Positions 27,025 through 40,399 of a DNA stretch of 45,592 nucleotides are shown here, piece by piece (position 1 is the stretch's first letter; each line of letters starts with the position of its first letter). The translations under genes and the position numbers were made by a program. The notes below the pieces were generated by a model. The model made no database searches, had not been told where the DNA came from, and worked only from the letters and a program-made list of their open reading frames with translations. The stretch is from assembly GCA_051453625.1 (NCBI GenBank), contig JBOZIK010000001.1, forward strand, positions 41,801,335 to 41,846,926. The letters are read 5' to 3'. The stretch comes from Welwitschia mirabilis (taxonomy: Eukaryota).

Positions 27025-30000
27025 GTAAAATATTAACTAAACTCATGTTGTCACAAAAAATGGGTACCTGACCATAGTTAATTTCAAAATCCTTGATCAT
27101 TTCCTTCATCCCTAGAAGATGGATACAACAACTTCCTGCTACTATATATTCTGGTTTTACTATAAAAAGAAACATATAATTTTGTTTCTTACTTGTTCAT
27201 CCTATCAAATATGATCTAAGAAAGAAGCAAATTCCACTTGTGCTTTTTCTATTATTCTTGCATCTAGTCTAATCTACATTTACTTAATCCTACAAGTTCA
27301 AAATATGTTCCTTTGGGATATCATAGCCCACAATCACTAGTATCTTTTATATATCATATGATTCTTCTAACACCTTAGAGGTAAGATTTCTTAGGGTTTG
27401 CTTCATGTCTAGCACACATAGCCACACTAAACATTATATTAGCTCTACTAGCTATTAGATATAATAAGCTTCCTATCATGCTCCTATAGAGTTTTTGATT
27501 CACTGATTTTCTATGATCATCAAGACTAACTTACAAGAAGTTGATATAGGAGTAATGGTTGATTTTGTATTTTCAAGTTCAAATTGCTTAAGCAAATCCT
27601 TTGCATCTTTTGATTGAGAGATAAAAATGCCTTATTTTGTTTGCTTAATTTGTAGTCCAAGAAACACACTGACTTCTCCAAGCATACTCATCTCAAAGTG
27701 TGTTGTCATAATATTAGCAAATTCTTTTGAGAAATCCTATTTTGAGGCTCCAAAAATTATATCAACGTAGATCTAAATGATAATAAAATAGTGCTTAAGT
27801 TTCTTTACAAATAGAGTTTTAGTCATCGCTCCCCACCTATAACCACTATCCTCAAAACATTATCAGTTTTTCATACCATGCCCTAGAGGCTTGTTTTAAT
27901 CCATATAAAAACTTTTAGAGTCTATGAACATGGTTTGGTTTATGAGGATCTATGAATCCTATTGGTTGTTCCACATACACTTCTTTGTTGAGAGTTCCAT
28001 TTAAGAAAGCACTTTTCACATTCATTTGGAATACTTTAAAATTTTTGAAGGCTGTAAAGGAAAGAAACATTCTAATGCTATTTACTCTTGCCATAGGAGC
28101 AAAGGTGTCTCCTATGTTAATCTTTTCAATCTGATTGTAGCCTTGGGTCACTAATTCTAGCCTTATTCTTGATTACATTATTGTGTTCATCACATTTATT
28201 CTTAAAAATCCATTTTATTCTAATCACATTCTTATCCTTTCGTCTTTCCACTAATTTTCAAACATTATTTCTTTTAAATTGTTGTAACTCTTCTTGAATT
28301 GCCATCATCTATTCTTCATGAATTTCAGCCTCTTTATATTTTCAGGTTTCAACTTGAGAGACATAAGAAACATGAGCACAAAACTTTTTAATTAAATTTC
28401 TCATGTGAATTTTTGAGTTCACATATCTAATAACTGATTTAAGAGGGTGATCTTTTAGTTCTTTGACATTTTTGGAAAGTACCTATTGCATTGTTTCCTC
28501 TTGCTTTATATTTATGACTTCCTTGAGGGTTGCGATACTTAGGGATATATCTTCTTTACTACTTGAAGGAAGAAGTTCGGTACTAACGTCATCTATTTAC
28601 ACATTTATGGACTCTTACATCATTAGACTTCATTTATTAAAAATCTTATAAGCTCTAATTCTAGTTGAATATCTAAGAAAATTTGCTTCATTTACCTTAG
28701 ACTTACATTTTTTCAATTTTTCTCTACCTTTTAAAATAAAGCACTTGCTTCTAAAAAATTTAAAATAAGATACATTTGGTTTTCTTCCTTTTTAAAGCTT
28801 ATAGGGGATTTTATCCATTCTGGGTCTTAGATATTCTCTATTGATAATATAACATGTAGTACTTACTGCTTCAGCCCAAAAGGATTTGGGTACCTCCTTA
28901 TCATTTAGCATTATTCTTGCCATCTCTTAAAGGACCCTGTTTTTCATTTCTACTACTCCATTTTGTTGTGAGATTTTTGTTGCTAAAAACTAATGTTCTA
29001 TACCATTTTCCACACAATATTTCTCAAAGAGATAGTTTTCAAATTCCTCTTCATGATTGCTTCTAATTCATTTAATAATATACCCCTTTTAATTTGAATT
29101 TTATTACATATTTCAATACACTTTTTAAAAGTTTCACTCTTGTTTTCATGGAAAGAAATCCAAGTAAATCTAGAGAAGTTACTCACCATTATCAGATAGT
29201 ATCAGTTTCCTCCCAAGCTTTTGGTTTGAGTAAGACCTACCAAGTTCATATAAATAATTTCAAGGGGCATTGTTAAGGAAACTAAGTTTTTACTCTTATG
29301 ATAGGTTCTTATTTGTTTTCATTTTTTGCACGCATTACACAACCCATATTTATCAATATTGATCTTAAGTATTCCTCTCACGATTTCCTTTTTAATGATG
29401 GTTTTAAGATGATCATAGTTTACATGACCTAACCATTGGTATCATGACTCGTCTTGGTTTATATAAGAAAAATGACAACCAGAAGAAGGTTGATTAATAC
29501 TATAAACACTGTCTATTCTATTTGCTTTAAGAAGAACTTCATTTGCTTTGTCATGTCTAACTTCACATTTTTCTTAATAAAAAATAACTTTATGACCTTT
29601 ATTACAAATCTGACTAATACTAAGTGAATTATGTTTAAGACCATTTATATATGAAACTTCATTAATTTGGACATGTTACTTCCACTGATGCTACCAATGC
29701 CTTCAATTTTTACCTTTCCCTCATCACCAAAGGTTACTTCTCCTTCATCAAAATCATCCAAGTTATGGAATTTTGATTTTTCACCTATCATGTGCCAAGA
29801 ACAACCACTATTCAAATACTAATAAGTTTCACTTGATGCCTTAAACGCTGTTTGAATCAACAAGCTTTTCAAATTGTTAGCTCTTACCTACTTAGTCTTT
29901 TTGAACTGTTGTGGTATAAAGGTTTTAGTAATAAATTTAAATGGGGAAGCACTAGTATGATTTGAAAATAGCATTACCTTTCTAAATTTACAAAATAATT

Positions 30001-30800
30001 TTGAGTGGCCTCATTTTCCATGAAAATGATAAGTAAGTTTTAAAAGAAAATATTATTTTACCATGTTACCTTATCTGCATGAATGGCTGGTTTTGGGGAG
30101 GTGAATCCAATACTTCTTTTGTTTTGAGCTGATTTTTCTATTTCAAGCATCTATTTCAATTTACTAGAATTGTTAGAAAATTTATCTATAGAATGAGACA
30201 AACTTTTAACCTCTTGAATTAGCTCCATGTTCTCTGTTTGGATCATCTTATATTTGGCCTCTAATATTTCTTTTTCCTTGTTTAGAGCCTTTACTATTTT
30301 GTTTAATTCATTGATCTGATTTGCTAGTTCTTCACACTCTGAGTACAGCTCTTGGCAAGTGTTTTTTGAATCTTCTTCTCCTTCCTCTATAATGTCTAAA
30401 TCATTTGGTTCAATTGAACAAGACCCCTTTTTTAAGGGAGGTACTATTGCCATGAAAGAGAGTTTCCTATTTCCATCTAATTCTTTACTAGAGCTGCTAT
30501 CTTCTTCCTTATTAGCATTGTCCTAAATGGCAATGAATGATGGTTTCTAGGATTTTTTATAGTCCCATCTGTTATTAGGACATTCACACGCCACATGTCC
30601 ATATCCTTTACAAGCATAGCACTGGATCTCCTTTTCTTTATCTTGATCTCTTCTTGACTTGGATTAACCCCTTTTAAGCCCCTTGCTTGATTTTCCATCT
30701 CTTCTTTTTCTGTTTAAGAATTTTTAAATCTTTTTGCTAATAGTGCAACCTCATCCTCATTAAGGTCATTAACTGATTTTTTAAATTTGGAATCTTCCTA
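27025..30800 (-). pseudogene. Sirevirus-like gag-pol pseudogene truncated at both ends
   Basis: EDEVALLAKRFKKF; zinc knuckle CYACKGYGHVACECP (~30575-30625); protease YLNSGCSWHMIG (~29790-29820); integrase; RT TFAPMARVNSIR..FQMNVKSAFLNG..EVYVEQP and IYVD; RNase H EYIVAGSCC..IFCDNMS. Confidence 0.92.
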
Positions 30801-30960
30801 CACTATAAGAAATAGAATGCCTTAATTATAGGACATTTTAAAGCATACATTTTAATAAATGCCTTAAATGAAAAAAAAAAAAAAGTCTTTTTAAGGCATT
30901 TTTCCAAATAAACGCCTTAATTGTTTTTAATCTTATTAAACAAACGTCATAAACGTTATG
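30801..30960. repeat. Left TIR and subterminal repeats
   Basis: CACTA start followed by AATGCCTTAA, AATGCCTTAA, TTAAGGCATT, AACGCCTTAA. Confidence 0.85.
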
Positions 30961-31094
30961 ATCTTTTAAGATACTTAGTAGGATGAACCTTGTAAAAGCC
31001 AAGTTTATTTAAAAAAAATACAGTCGCGCATTGCTAAAAATAAAACCATCATGCGTTTATTCCGAAAACATAGCGCGGGCTATTGCGCATATCT

Positions 31095-32679
31095 TACGAA
31101 GAGGATCTTGATGCCCTAGCAATTCTGTGAAGACGAGTTTCTGCATATGCTAAGGCTTGATAGACCATTCTCTGTGAGTGATCCTAACTCTCCTCGAGGT
31201 CGCTTACTAAGAGAGTTTGAGAAGGAGTTTTAGGGCTGTTGTTTTGGATTCGATATCAGGAACATTCCTAAGCTCTGATATGCGTCACTCTCCATCTCCA
31301 TCTGATTGTTATTCTGATGAAGAAATGGTACTGGAATCCATTGTGCAGGTGGCAAAGTTGGAATTTGAGAAAGTTGTGCAGGCCGAGCTTAGTCGGACAA
31401 GAGTACAGATTATGAAAGGAACAAAGACTGAGGAACTTATGCAAGAATGGGGCATGGATGAAAGAGTGTTCCAGCATTCATCTGCTCCCAGTAGCATAGA
31501 TGAATTTAGGGATCTTATGGATATTCTTGTGGAGTTGCCTCCCCTGCGTGAGGAGTATGGTCCTCTTGTGCAGACAATTAATGGAGTTCTTCTTAGATCG
31601 TTGAATCCGATGTTGTTTCAGAATACTAAAAGCAAGGGAAGTCTAGTGATGCAAATATCGAAGCCAGTGGTTATTCCTGCAGAGATGGGCACAAATGTCA
31701 TGGATATTCTTGGCTATTTAGCCTCTGTAGGAATCGAGCAGCTCAGTGCTAAATTCCACAAATGAATGCCCCTTGAGTATTCAAGATTTTGCAGTGGATT
31801 CACATCCTACTCTTGAGTCTTCAAGAAGGCTATTATTAGAATGCCCAAAAGGAAATTTCAACGCCTACCAGAGGTTCATTGCAAATACATGTTCATGAAT
31901 ATTCGGATTTGTCAAAGTACAATTCAGACTCTAAGAAGGCAAAAGCATCATATGCTACTGATAAATATACAGAATATGTGTCTCTTGAAGAGCTTGCTCC
32001 ATTGGCAACGGACAAGCTAGAGGCCTTATCTATCGAGGGATCGAAAATACAATCCAATATGGGGGGACAAGAAGCTCCTTCAAATGTTAGTGCAATGTCG
32101 ATGGGAGGCTTATCGGTTTTCCAAAGGATAGAGTCTCGTAGTAGTGGAGGATTAGGCCTTAAGGGAATTACTACTTTGCATTCGCTAGATACAAAAGGAT
32201 GCAGTGATGATCTTGGTGGCCTATTGGATTTGTCTATTAGCCTGGAAGAATGGTTGGAGATTAACTCTAGAGCTGTGGATGAACAATAAACGAGGGAGAG
32301 GACAACAAAAATACGTACTGCACATCATGCCATTAGACCAGATTTAGTCATCCTCAAAGCCTCCGAAAATGACAAGGAAAACCAGGGTAGTAAAAAGTGT
32401 GGAAATGGGAGATGGGGCTTTATGGGGAATNNNNNNNNNNNNNNNNNNNNNNNNNNNNNNNNNNNNNNNNNNNNNNNNNNNNNNNNNNNNNNNNNNNNNN
32501 NNNNNNNNNNNNNNNNNNNNNNNNNNNNNNATGACAAGGAAAACCAGGGTAGTAAAAAGTGTGGAAATGGGAGATGGGGCTTTATGGGGAATACGTTAAC
32601 AATAGGTGTATTGATTCAGTTACAAGATCCACTGTGCAATTTTGAACCTGGTGGAGCATCAATGATGGCTCTAGTTTAA
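31095..32679 (+). pseudogene. PMIR1: Captured internal fragment of PLASTID MOVEMENT IMPAIRED 1-RELATED gene
   Basis: EFLHMLRL..SPRGRLLREFEKE; TEELMQEWGMDERVFQ; LPPL..GPLVQTINGVLLRSLNPMLF..GSLVMQISKPVVIPAEMG..LASVGIEQLS; EYVSLEELAPLATDKLEALSIEG; GFMGNTLTIGVLIQLQDPLCNFEPGG. Stops at 31231, 31763, 32287, 32677 plus frameshifts. NT-C2 domain and C-terminus absent. Confidence 0.9.
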
Positions 32680-34169
32680 GCCATTGGAACAATGAGTGGC
32701 TCCCCATTCTTCATCAAATTTTTATTTTTAAACGCGATTCTGAAGGTACATCCATTGCCTTTCCTTCTTTAAATGCGATTGAAAAGTTACATACTCCTTC
32801 TTTTGAAGAATTGCAGGGATTTTTAGATACGCAAACTAAAAATGCATCAGAGCTTCCAACTGTAGAAACGAAGGCATTGCTTCTCCTTCTAAAGGAACAC
32901 CTATCTGGCCTCCAATTACTACCATCAATTAACTTTGATGGCCCTCGATTAACCCCTTCGGCACTGTTGAAAGCCATTTATTTTTCATGTTCTTTATTAT
33001 CGATGGTATCCATGTAGGATTTTCTGAATCCTTATATAAGCATTTTTCATTATCTTGACCCCCTCCTGAGTGGGGATGGTTATTTTTGTAACTTTGAAAT
33101 TAATACAACTCTTAAAACTTGGGCTAAATAAAGCCCACAAAGTAGAAAATCTTAAAATGTTTATGACATTAATTCATTTTTTAGCTTACATGTGTTGCTA
33201 ATTTCTTATTGTATTATTTTTGGAAACTTCTCAATCTCTCTTACATAACATTTTCAACTGGTGATTTTCAATTTTCAACTTGTCCAATTAGTTTAACATA
33301 ACCTCTTTTATGTTTAAGAGACATGGTACTTCTACCGTCTTACAATCAATTAAAAAAAAATGAAAACTACAATTTGAATTAACTTCCTTTAGGCAACATG
33401 CATTATTGGTTTCATGACCTTCCTCCTGGAATGTAGGCAACTGAGAACTCAAGCACAGATAGTTCAGACCACATCATAACTTGCAGTCTGCATGGGCAAG
33501 ACTGAACATGAACGTAAGTTTTCTGATGAAATAGAAATTGAGGCATAGAACCATATAAGTCCTCTGCATGGAGCAGCATGGAACAGCACAAACTAGGAAA
33601 GTTATTAATTATTCTAATGCATTTGTCTTGTTAAGTATTTAAATGTATTTATCACTAATTGTTGGATCTGTTATAAATTCTCTTTCTCTTGACAAGTCAT
33701 GGCTATACATTTGTATATAAATAAGCTAAAAATATTTTCAGCCGAAAGGCTGCATATCTTTCTGTCCAAGTCACCAAAACTTTTGAAAACAGCACTGTGT
33801 TTCGAGGTCTTTATCCTTCAAATAAAGCAATAACTGACTGTATTTTTCTAAATTGATATGTTATTCTCACAAACTCCAGAATTTTCTGTTCAAGTATTAA
33901 GTCTTAACAAATTCCTCTGAAATCAATATCAGGAACATGGTTCAAATGTGATGAAATTTACAATTATGATAGAAATATTCAAAGGGGACGACAAAAATAG
34001 TCATGTCATGTACTGGCTTTTGTTTCCTTGCTTTTCCAGAAAGGAAAGCCTGCATAGATGCTTATTGGAAGAAGTTAAATTTAAATGGATCAAAAAAGGT
34101 GTTGGATATTCTGAATGGAACTTCAAGAGTTTCAGAAGATAGGCTAAAGTGCAACAATTTCATGTCAAG

Positions 34170-36860
34170 AGCCTACATGGTTTATTTTTGAGAGCTTTAG
34201 TATTCCACAAGATAGCATCTTGTTTGCATCACTGATGTAGAAAGAGGTTTAGTCTGACAACTGCAGTTTCCTCCTTATGCCATATCTAAATTGGATAAAC
34301 TGGTTATGCACAGAAGGGTAATTTCTAGAATTGTAAGTCATCTTTTGAAAACATTCTGTGGAAAAGGTAATGTTAAATTAGATCATTTAAGTAATGAACT
34401 TCAGCAGATCACAACTACCAAATGGGTTGCCATAGATGTCGAACATGACAAATAGGAAATTCATTTGTTTTTGATAACTAAATATATGAACAAAATGTAT
34501 GACCTTGTGTAGGATGCCTTGAATAATGAAAAGAAATGTACATTTAACAAGTGCATGGAGAAGGCTTTGTTCTAATCAGCCTGCGAGCAATAGTCCCAAT
34601 TGGCACTGTTGGCNNNNNNNNNNNNNNNNNNNNNNNNNNNNNNNNNNNNNNNNNNNNNNNNNNNNNNNNNNNNNNNNNNNNNNNNNNNNNNNNNNNNNNN
34701 NNNNNNNNNNNNNNNNNNNNNNNNNNNNNNNNNNNNNNNNNNNNNNNNNNNNNNNNNNNNNNNNNNNNNNNNNNNNNNNNNNNNNNNNNNNNNNNNNNNN
34801 NNNNNNNNNNNNNNNNNNNNNNNNNNNNNNNNNNNNNNNNNNNNNNNNNNNNNNNNNNNNNNNNNNNNNNNNNNNNNNNNNNNNNNNNNNNNNNNNNNNN
34901 NNNNNNNNNNNNNNNNNNNNNNNNNNNNNNNNNNNNNNNNNNNNNNNNNNNNNNNNNNNNNNNNNNNNNNNNNNNNNNNNNNNNNNNNNNNNNNNNNNNN
35001 NNNNNNNNNNNNNNNNNNNNNNNNNNNNNNNNNNNNNNNNNNNNNNNNNNNNNNNNNNNNNNNNNNNNNNNNNNNNNNNNNNNNNNNNNNNNNNNNNNNN
35101 NNNNNNNNNNNNNNNNNNNNTTCTAATCAGCCTGCGAGCAATAGTCCCAATTGGCACTGTTGGCTCTTGGTGCTCAAATTAAACATCTCGAGCTAAATGG
35201 AACATATTTGAGTGTGGAAGTTCAACATCCCAATGCAAATCAACTTAGTAATAGATGGGTGTTAGTAATTTTTGAAAAGTATGTTGGAGGCATTGTCAGT
35301 TTTTACAAATGTTTAGGAAGTGTAAACCATGAAAATGATTCAGGGAAATGAGGAACGATAACATTTCTGTCTGTAGAAGCAGCACAAATGGCTATATCTC
35401 AACTCAACAATTTGAAAGTGGAAGGATTTTCTTTGTCAGTCTCTTCATTGAATTTATCTCACAGGTTTGGGAACAAAGCACTTGCATTTTTTACTGTGAG
35501 AGCAACAATCATGTGGACTTAGCAAAGGAGTGGCAATAATTGAATGTGCCATTAAGGATGTTGGTGGAGTTGCATTGTCACGCTTAGGGAAATAGATAAG
35601 AACATCAACTATATAAGTGTAAGCACGGAAAAAAACATTGTTCTATATTCATGGCTGGTCTTGATGCATATGTTATAGAGCACTAATTATTGCAGACTTT
35701 AAAGCTTTTAACAGATCCTGTCATTCTGGATGCTTTTATTCTCAGAAATCCTGCTGCTCAGCAAACTTCACAATCTGTCTGTGAAAAAGGCTTAATAAAA
35801 GAGCTTTGTGTGTTTTTTCCTTGAGATAAATTTCGGGTTGTTATTTGCTATTCAGACACAAAGGATTTGTATTCCCATGCTTTGGTTACATTGGAGGGCA
35901 GTAATCATCTGAAGGCGACAAGAGCACTTACCCATCTTCAAGGAACAATTCTTCCTAAACGCTTATCGTGGTAAAAGATAACCTATCAAGAAACATTTTA
36001 TAGCACATTATTGATTGCCTATTGTATATTTGATGTCTTAGAGAATGAGGTAGCCATTTGGTTAATTCATTTCCATAAGAGAATCCTAGTGATGTTATGA
36101 AAAACTTTTATTCTCTGATTTTGTAAAATATTTTTAATGAAGAATAAACTACGTTTTGAAGTTTACCATCTCTGCCTCTTTCGCATAAGCACTGGTCCAT
36201 CAACCTCATCCTGTAATTCATGCTTTTGAAGTTTAATTGCCATTCTTATTGCTACTAAAAATTGACAAAAATGTAATATGATGCTGTAAATTAATGGCAA
36301 TCTTCACCTAATAGTAAATTTCATTCGCAGGTGCATCTGTTTGCATTACAAAGACTGACTCTGCTTCTTACAAGGTGAAGATATCCTCAAACAAAATGGA
36401 ATCAGTTGCAAAATATAGGTTGATGTTGTAGTAGCTAACTGAAGGTATTACAACAGAACATGATAAGCTTGATCCTGAAGTCCTGCAACTTCTCTTTCAT
36501 CAACAAGGTATCGAAATTTTACGATCATTGGAAAGAGAGATAGAAACTTGTATAGTGTTTGACAAGTGCAGCTTAAGAATCAAGGTTTTTCGGCCAGCTC
36601 AAAAAATTGACAAAGCAATAAAAGGTGTTGTAGAAGGCTTGATGCTACTCTCTGAGAACCAGTACCATAATATTTTTCTTAGAGTATAGAGCTTGTCATA
36701 TGGATTGATGAAGGAAATTATCAATGGGTTTGGTGTAGATCTTGCTAGACTTGAGGTACTTATGCTGGAAGGAGATTTCATGCTTAATACATGTTGTCAT
36801 AATTTATGTGATCATGGAAATAAAGAGATCAAAATCAGAGCTAGAAATAGTATTGCTGAA
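34170..36860 (+). pseudogene. DEAH11: Captured central fragment of a DEAH11/DEAH12-type RNA helicase-RBR gene
   Basis: PTWFIF..HLVCITD; LLKTFCGKGN; CMEKALF..LALGAQIKHLEL..SVEVQHPNAN; LQGTILPKRLSW*KI; SYKVKISSN; EVLQLLFHQQGIEILRSLERE; LMKEIINGFGVDL..FMLNTCCH..HGNKEIK. Probable intron ending TTCGCAG at 36330. Many stops. Confidence 0.85.
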
Positions 36861-37112
36861 ATCACTGCATGTGTGATCGAATGGTTGCTTTGGAATCGAC
36901 AGGTCGAGGAGGAGATTGTTCTGACTTGTAGGTATTTTACTTTTCAGATTACTAGGCCTTTAATGAGTGATTAAAATGTACAGATTATATACTGGGTTTT
37001 GTGTGGCAGGGACCTTGGTATTGGAATAGTCGCATAGAATCCTCTAGGAAAGGGCTTTTTAGCTGCTGGACCTAAAATTGTTGAAACTCTTGCAGATAAT
37101 GATATCAGAAAG
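36861..37112 (+). pseudogene. Captured aldo-keto reductase fragment (auxin-induced PCNT115/AKR13-like), two exons
   Basis: ITACVIEWLLWNRQVEEEIVLTCR, then a GT-AG intron at 36932-37009, then [33 protein letters not shown] followed by a GT donor at 37113. Matches [40 protein letters not shown]. Confidence 0.9.
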
Positions 37113-38896
37113 GTGTGTTCCTCATACTCTAGTACTTTATATATCCATTTTAGAGTCTGATCAGTAATCTATAAATCTCGAGCAATTTTTTATCAAAACA
37201 GTAAAAATAAGTTGTTGTAGTCTTACCAATTACCAGTCCTAAGGTCAATCATAATATGGAATTCTAGACAAAACTATGGGCCTTACCAGGAGTACATAGA
37301 ATTTGAGCACTTCCTTTGTCATAATATTGTATAATTTTCTTGTGAGGTTTCCTCTAAAATTTATGCCTCTGACCCTCCTTTTACAACATCATCCAATCTC
37401 ATTAGATATTGTAAGAAAACAAACATTGATATCCCCGTTATTGCTTTGCTATGGCAATGCAAACCTGTAGAACAAGAACCTAAGAGAGAGGATTTATGAC
37501 AGTATTATGACTACAGAATCAGAAGGGAGTAGAAGGAGATTCATCTTCTGATTTTGAACATCACTTCCTTAGTTGTTCTAATTGGCCTTCATCACTTTAT
37601 TTCTTCTCTTCTTCTTATTCTCCTTATACTTTGTCTCATTATAGACCTACTATAGCAATCATTCTTTTTTTAGTATTTACAGACAAGACTATGTGGCCGA
37701 CTTTTAGGAATGCTCGCTTAGCTGCTTACACCCAGAATTAGACAAGTCTTCAACGTTATTTTTCTATTCGTGGTGCTTATTCTCTTTGCTCTCATCTCTG
37801 TGATGCATGTGAATTTCGTTGCTTAGGTTCTGGGTTTCATGTCTTATTTTTTAAGTTGGGTTACTTTGAGCAATCTGAATATAACCTTCAAATAGAAATA
37901 TCGTTTAGTTATTAGTTTTGGTTAAAGAAGCATGTTACAAATCCTAGTTGTATTAATGATTTATTAGAAGACGATGTAAGTAAAGCTTAAGAAATTTTGT
38001 GTTTTCCCTTTAATATTTCACTACTTCATCAATAGGCTTAGAAGATTTTGTATTGCTACTATTGTTATGAAAGAAAAGAAAGAGTTGGATCACTATGACA
38101 AGAACCCTTTAATAAATCTATCAGATAATTCTAGTCTTTTTGATCATTTATCATCTCTTATTTTTCCCTTAAGGCTTTTAGAAAATTCCACCAGATAAAA
38201 TGCTCTGCTACATGGCTCCCAAGTAATAAATCACTGAGCTTCTATGAGAGCAAGTGTGAACTTTGTGTTTTTTGTCATTTTGCTAGATTTTCAAGGATTG
38301 ACCTCACAGCCTATGCAAGACGATTTGATCGTTTCGTATTATCAATCTACTGTGGTAGCTTTTCTTAAGAGACTTCTCATACAATGCTCTCATGTCTCTC
38401 TGAGTGATTCTCCCAAGTCATGTGGAGTTGAGTAGATAAGATGCAAGTTCACTTCGACAGACGGAGTTTCCTTTGAGTTAAATGCTTCTTGCTAAATTGA
38501 AAATCAATATACTGTCATCAAAATTGAAATGCTATTCTTCAAATGTACATGACTCTAATTCATTTACTGTAGATGATAAAACAGACACAGAACACAGTGC
38601 TAACTCTTCAATAATAATAATTTATTTTTGCAAGACATCCAAAGAGGCATTTTCAATCAAAAATACATCTAAGAGTAACAATCATGCCAATGGTAGTACC
38701 GACTTGCAGTAGATCGATTGAGTTAGCTAAGGTACTTGCAAAATCATTAGCTAAGATAGTAGCTGTAATTACTAACAAGGAGGCTAACGCTAAATAGGAG
38801 AGCATTCACATGTTGGTTTAAGGTAAACATCCACCATTAGTACAGGGTACACATCCCAGAAATGTCCGTTTGGGTAAAATAGTTAGAGTTGAAAAC

Positions 38897-39313
38897 CATA
38901 GTTAGATGGATCAAAGCAGATCGTGGAGCGTTTTTCTGATTAGTAGCTTCCGGATTGCTGAATCGCCTCAGATCGTTCTACAGATCACCCCAAATCACAT
39001 ACCAATTTTTGTAAAATCGCGGGTTAAAATCCTAAAGCTAGATTGAAACATTTGTTTCCATAAAATTGCAAGTTGAACAATTGATTTCTGTAACTGCACC
39101 CCTCATTTTTTTGGATGCGAAGGTTGTTTTGATGAAAATTGTAGATTGATTTTAATAAAAGCTTGGTTTATAAATAGAGCAAATTTGTTTTTCAACTTGC
39201 AGAATCCATTTTCTTTCATGAAGCACGATCCAGCTCTGATTTGAAGCATCTTTTATTGGAGCGCAATGTGGAATCGCCCGGATCGCGATTCCGATCCGCT
39301 CCATCTAATCATG
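38897..39313. mobile_element. 417-bp hAT-like MITE nested in the CACTA
   Basis: TIRs CATAGTTAGATGGA and rc CATGATTAGATGGA (12/14). 8-bp flanks TTGAAAAC / GTAAAAAC (6/8). Subterminal GATCG/AATCG motifs. Confidence 0.7.
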
Positions 39314-40399
39314 GTAAAAACACACATTTACTTGAGGATGGTGATGAGAGTCAGAGTAATGGACAATTCGTTATTATCATTTATAGCTAATGCTAAAAAA
39401 GAAAGGAAGGTGAGCGTCCTTGTCATATGGAGATGATCTCTTCAAGTCAAAAATGATGACAGAGATGAGCGAAATTTATTCAAGTTGTGTCTAAAGTATA
39501 GATCTTCGATTAATTTCACTGGCAACAATACAGATATGCTCATATTAAAACATAAAGCAAGCCTCTTACCAAACTCCTCTTCCTACCAGTCAACTCTCTC
39601 TGGGCTCTATTGGTAGTAATCAATTTTTTTTTGCACCTGCCTCCTCAATATCTATCGATCTTCTTTGGGAACATTTAGTAGAACAGCAATGATGAGCGAA
39701 TACATAAACTTACACTTGTAAAGGCCCTTTACAATGGTCTCGATGCCCTTGATAGAGTCACCAGCTTCTGCCAGCAAAGTGATTCAAGTAGTTGTTGAAA
39801 GTTATAACTCAGTTGAGTTGGAGGAGGAGTTTCCAGCACAGTAGATACAGAGACATAGCACGGACACTTAAAGGAGATGGATGTTAAGTGAATAAATCAT
39901 TAGAGAAGAAAAGCTTTAAAAAAAATATATATATGTGTGCTTGGTCAAATTCCCATGGTCTGCCAATGCTGGCAGCTTTGTGGGATGGTGAATTTGAAGT
40001 GAATGGTTTGGAATGTATGGCTATTCATGAAGCGCCGTGTTAATGAAGAGGACAGCAGCATTCCAAAGGACTAGCTGTAACTACATTTCAACTGGAACTA
40101 TATGAGCTAAAGCTTCATAGCCATTGACATTTATCATTCTAAGCTTGGAGATAGCCAGAGTATAGAGGTTTAAGATAGATTATGAATCCCAGGATTACAT
40201 ATACCAAACTTCTGTTTCAACAAAGTGAACATGCTACATAGTAATTTGAAGCAAAGCATTTCATTGGAAGCTCGACCTATACCTTGTATTATTTTTAGTT
40301 CTATATTGCCTTGAGCGATGCTTGAGATGAAATGGTGTGGCTATCTGTTTCACCATTAAATGTTTGATTTCTGAAGTAATAGGTAATTGTTGAAAGTCC

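Noticed and set aside
31217-32289. 182-aa and 136-aa ORFs as functional genes
   Set aside because: They are pieces of one PMIR1-like frame broken by stops and frameshifts, and lack the terminal domains.
32369-32592. 62-bp direct repeat within the PMIR1 fragment
   Set aside because: Identical copies directly flank a 100-N gap, so this is an unmerged contig overlap, not biology.
34570-35164. 44-bp direct repeat and long X-filled ORFs
   Set aside because: Identical sequence sits on both sides of the N gap and DEAH11 homology continues once merged. Assembly artefact.
40012-40131. Imperfect hairpin (ATGGCTAT..GAAGC / GCTTCATAGCCAT) as a miRNA precursor
   Set aside because: Short bulged stem with no recognisable mature miRNA; plausible by chance.
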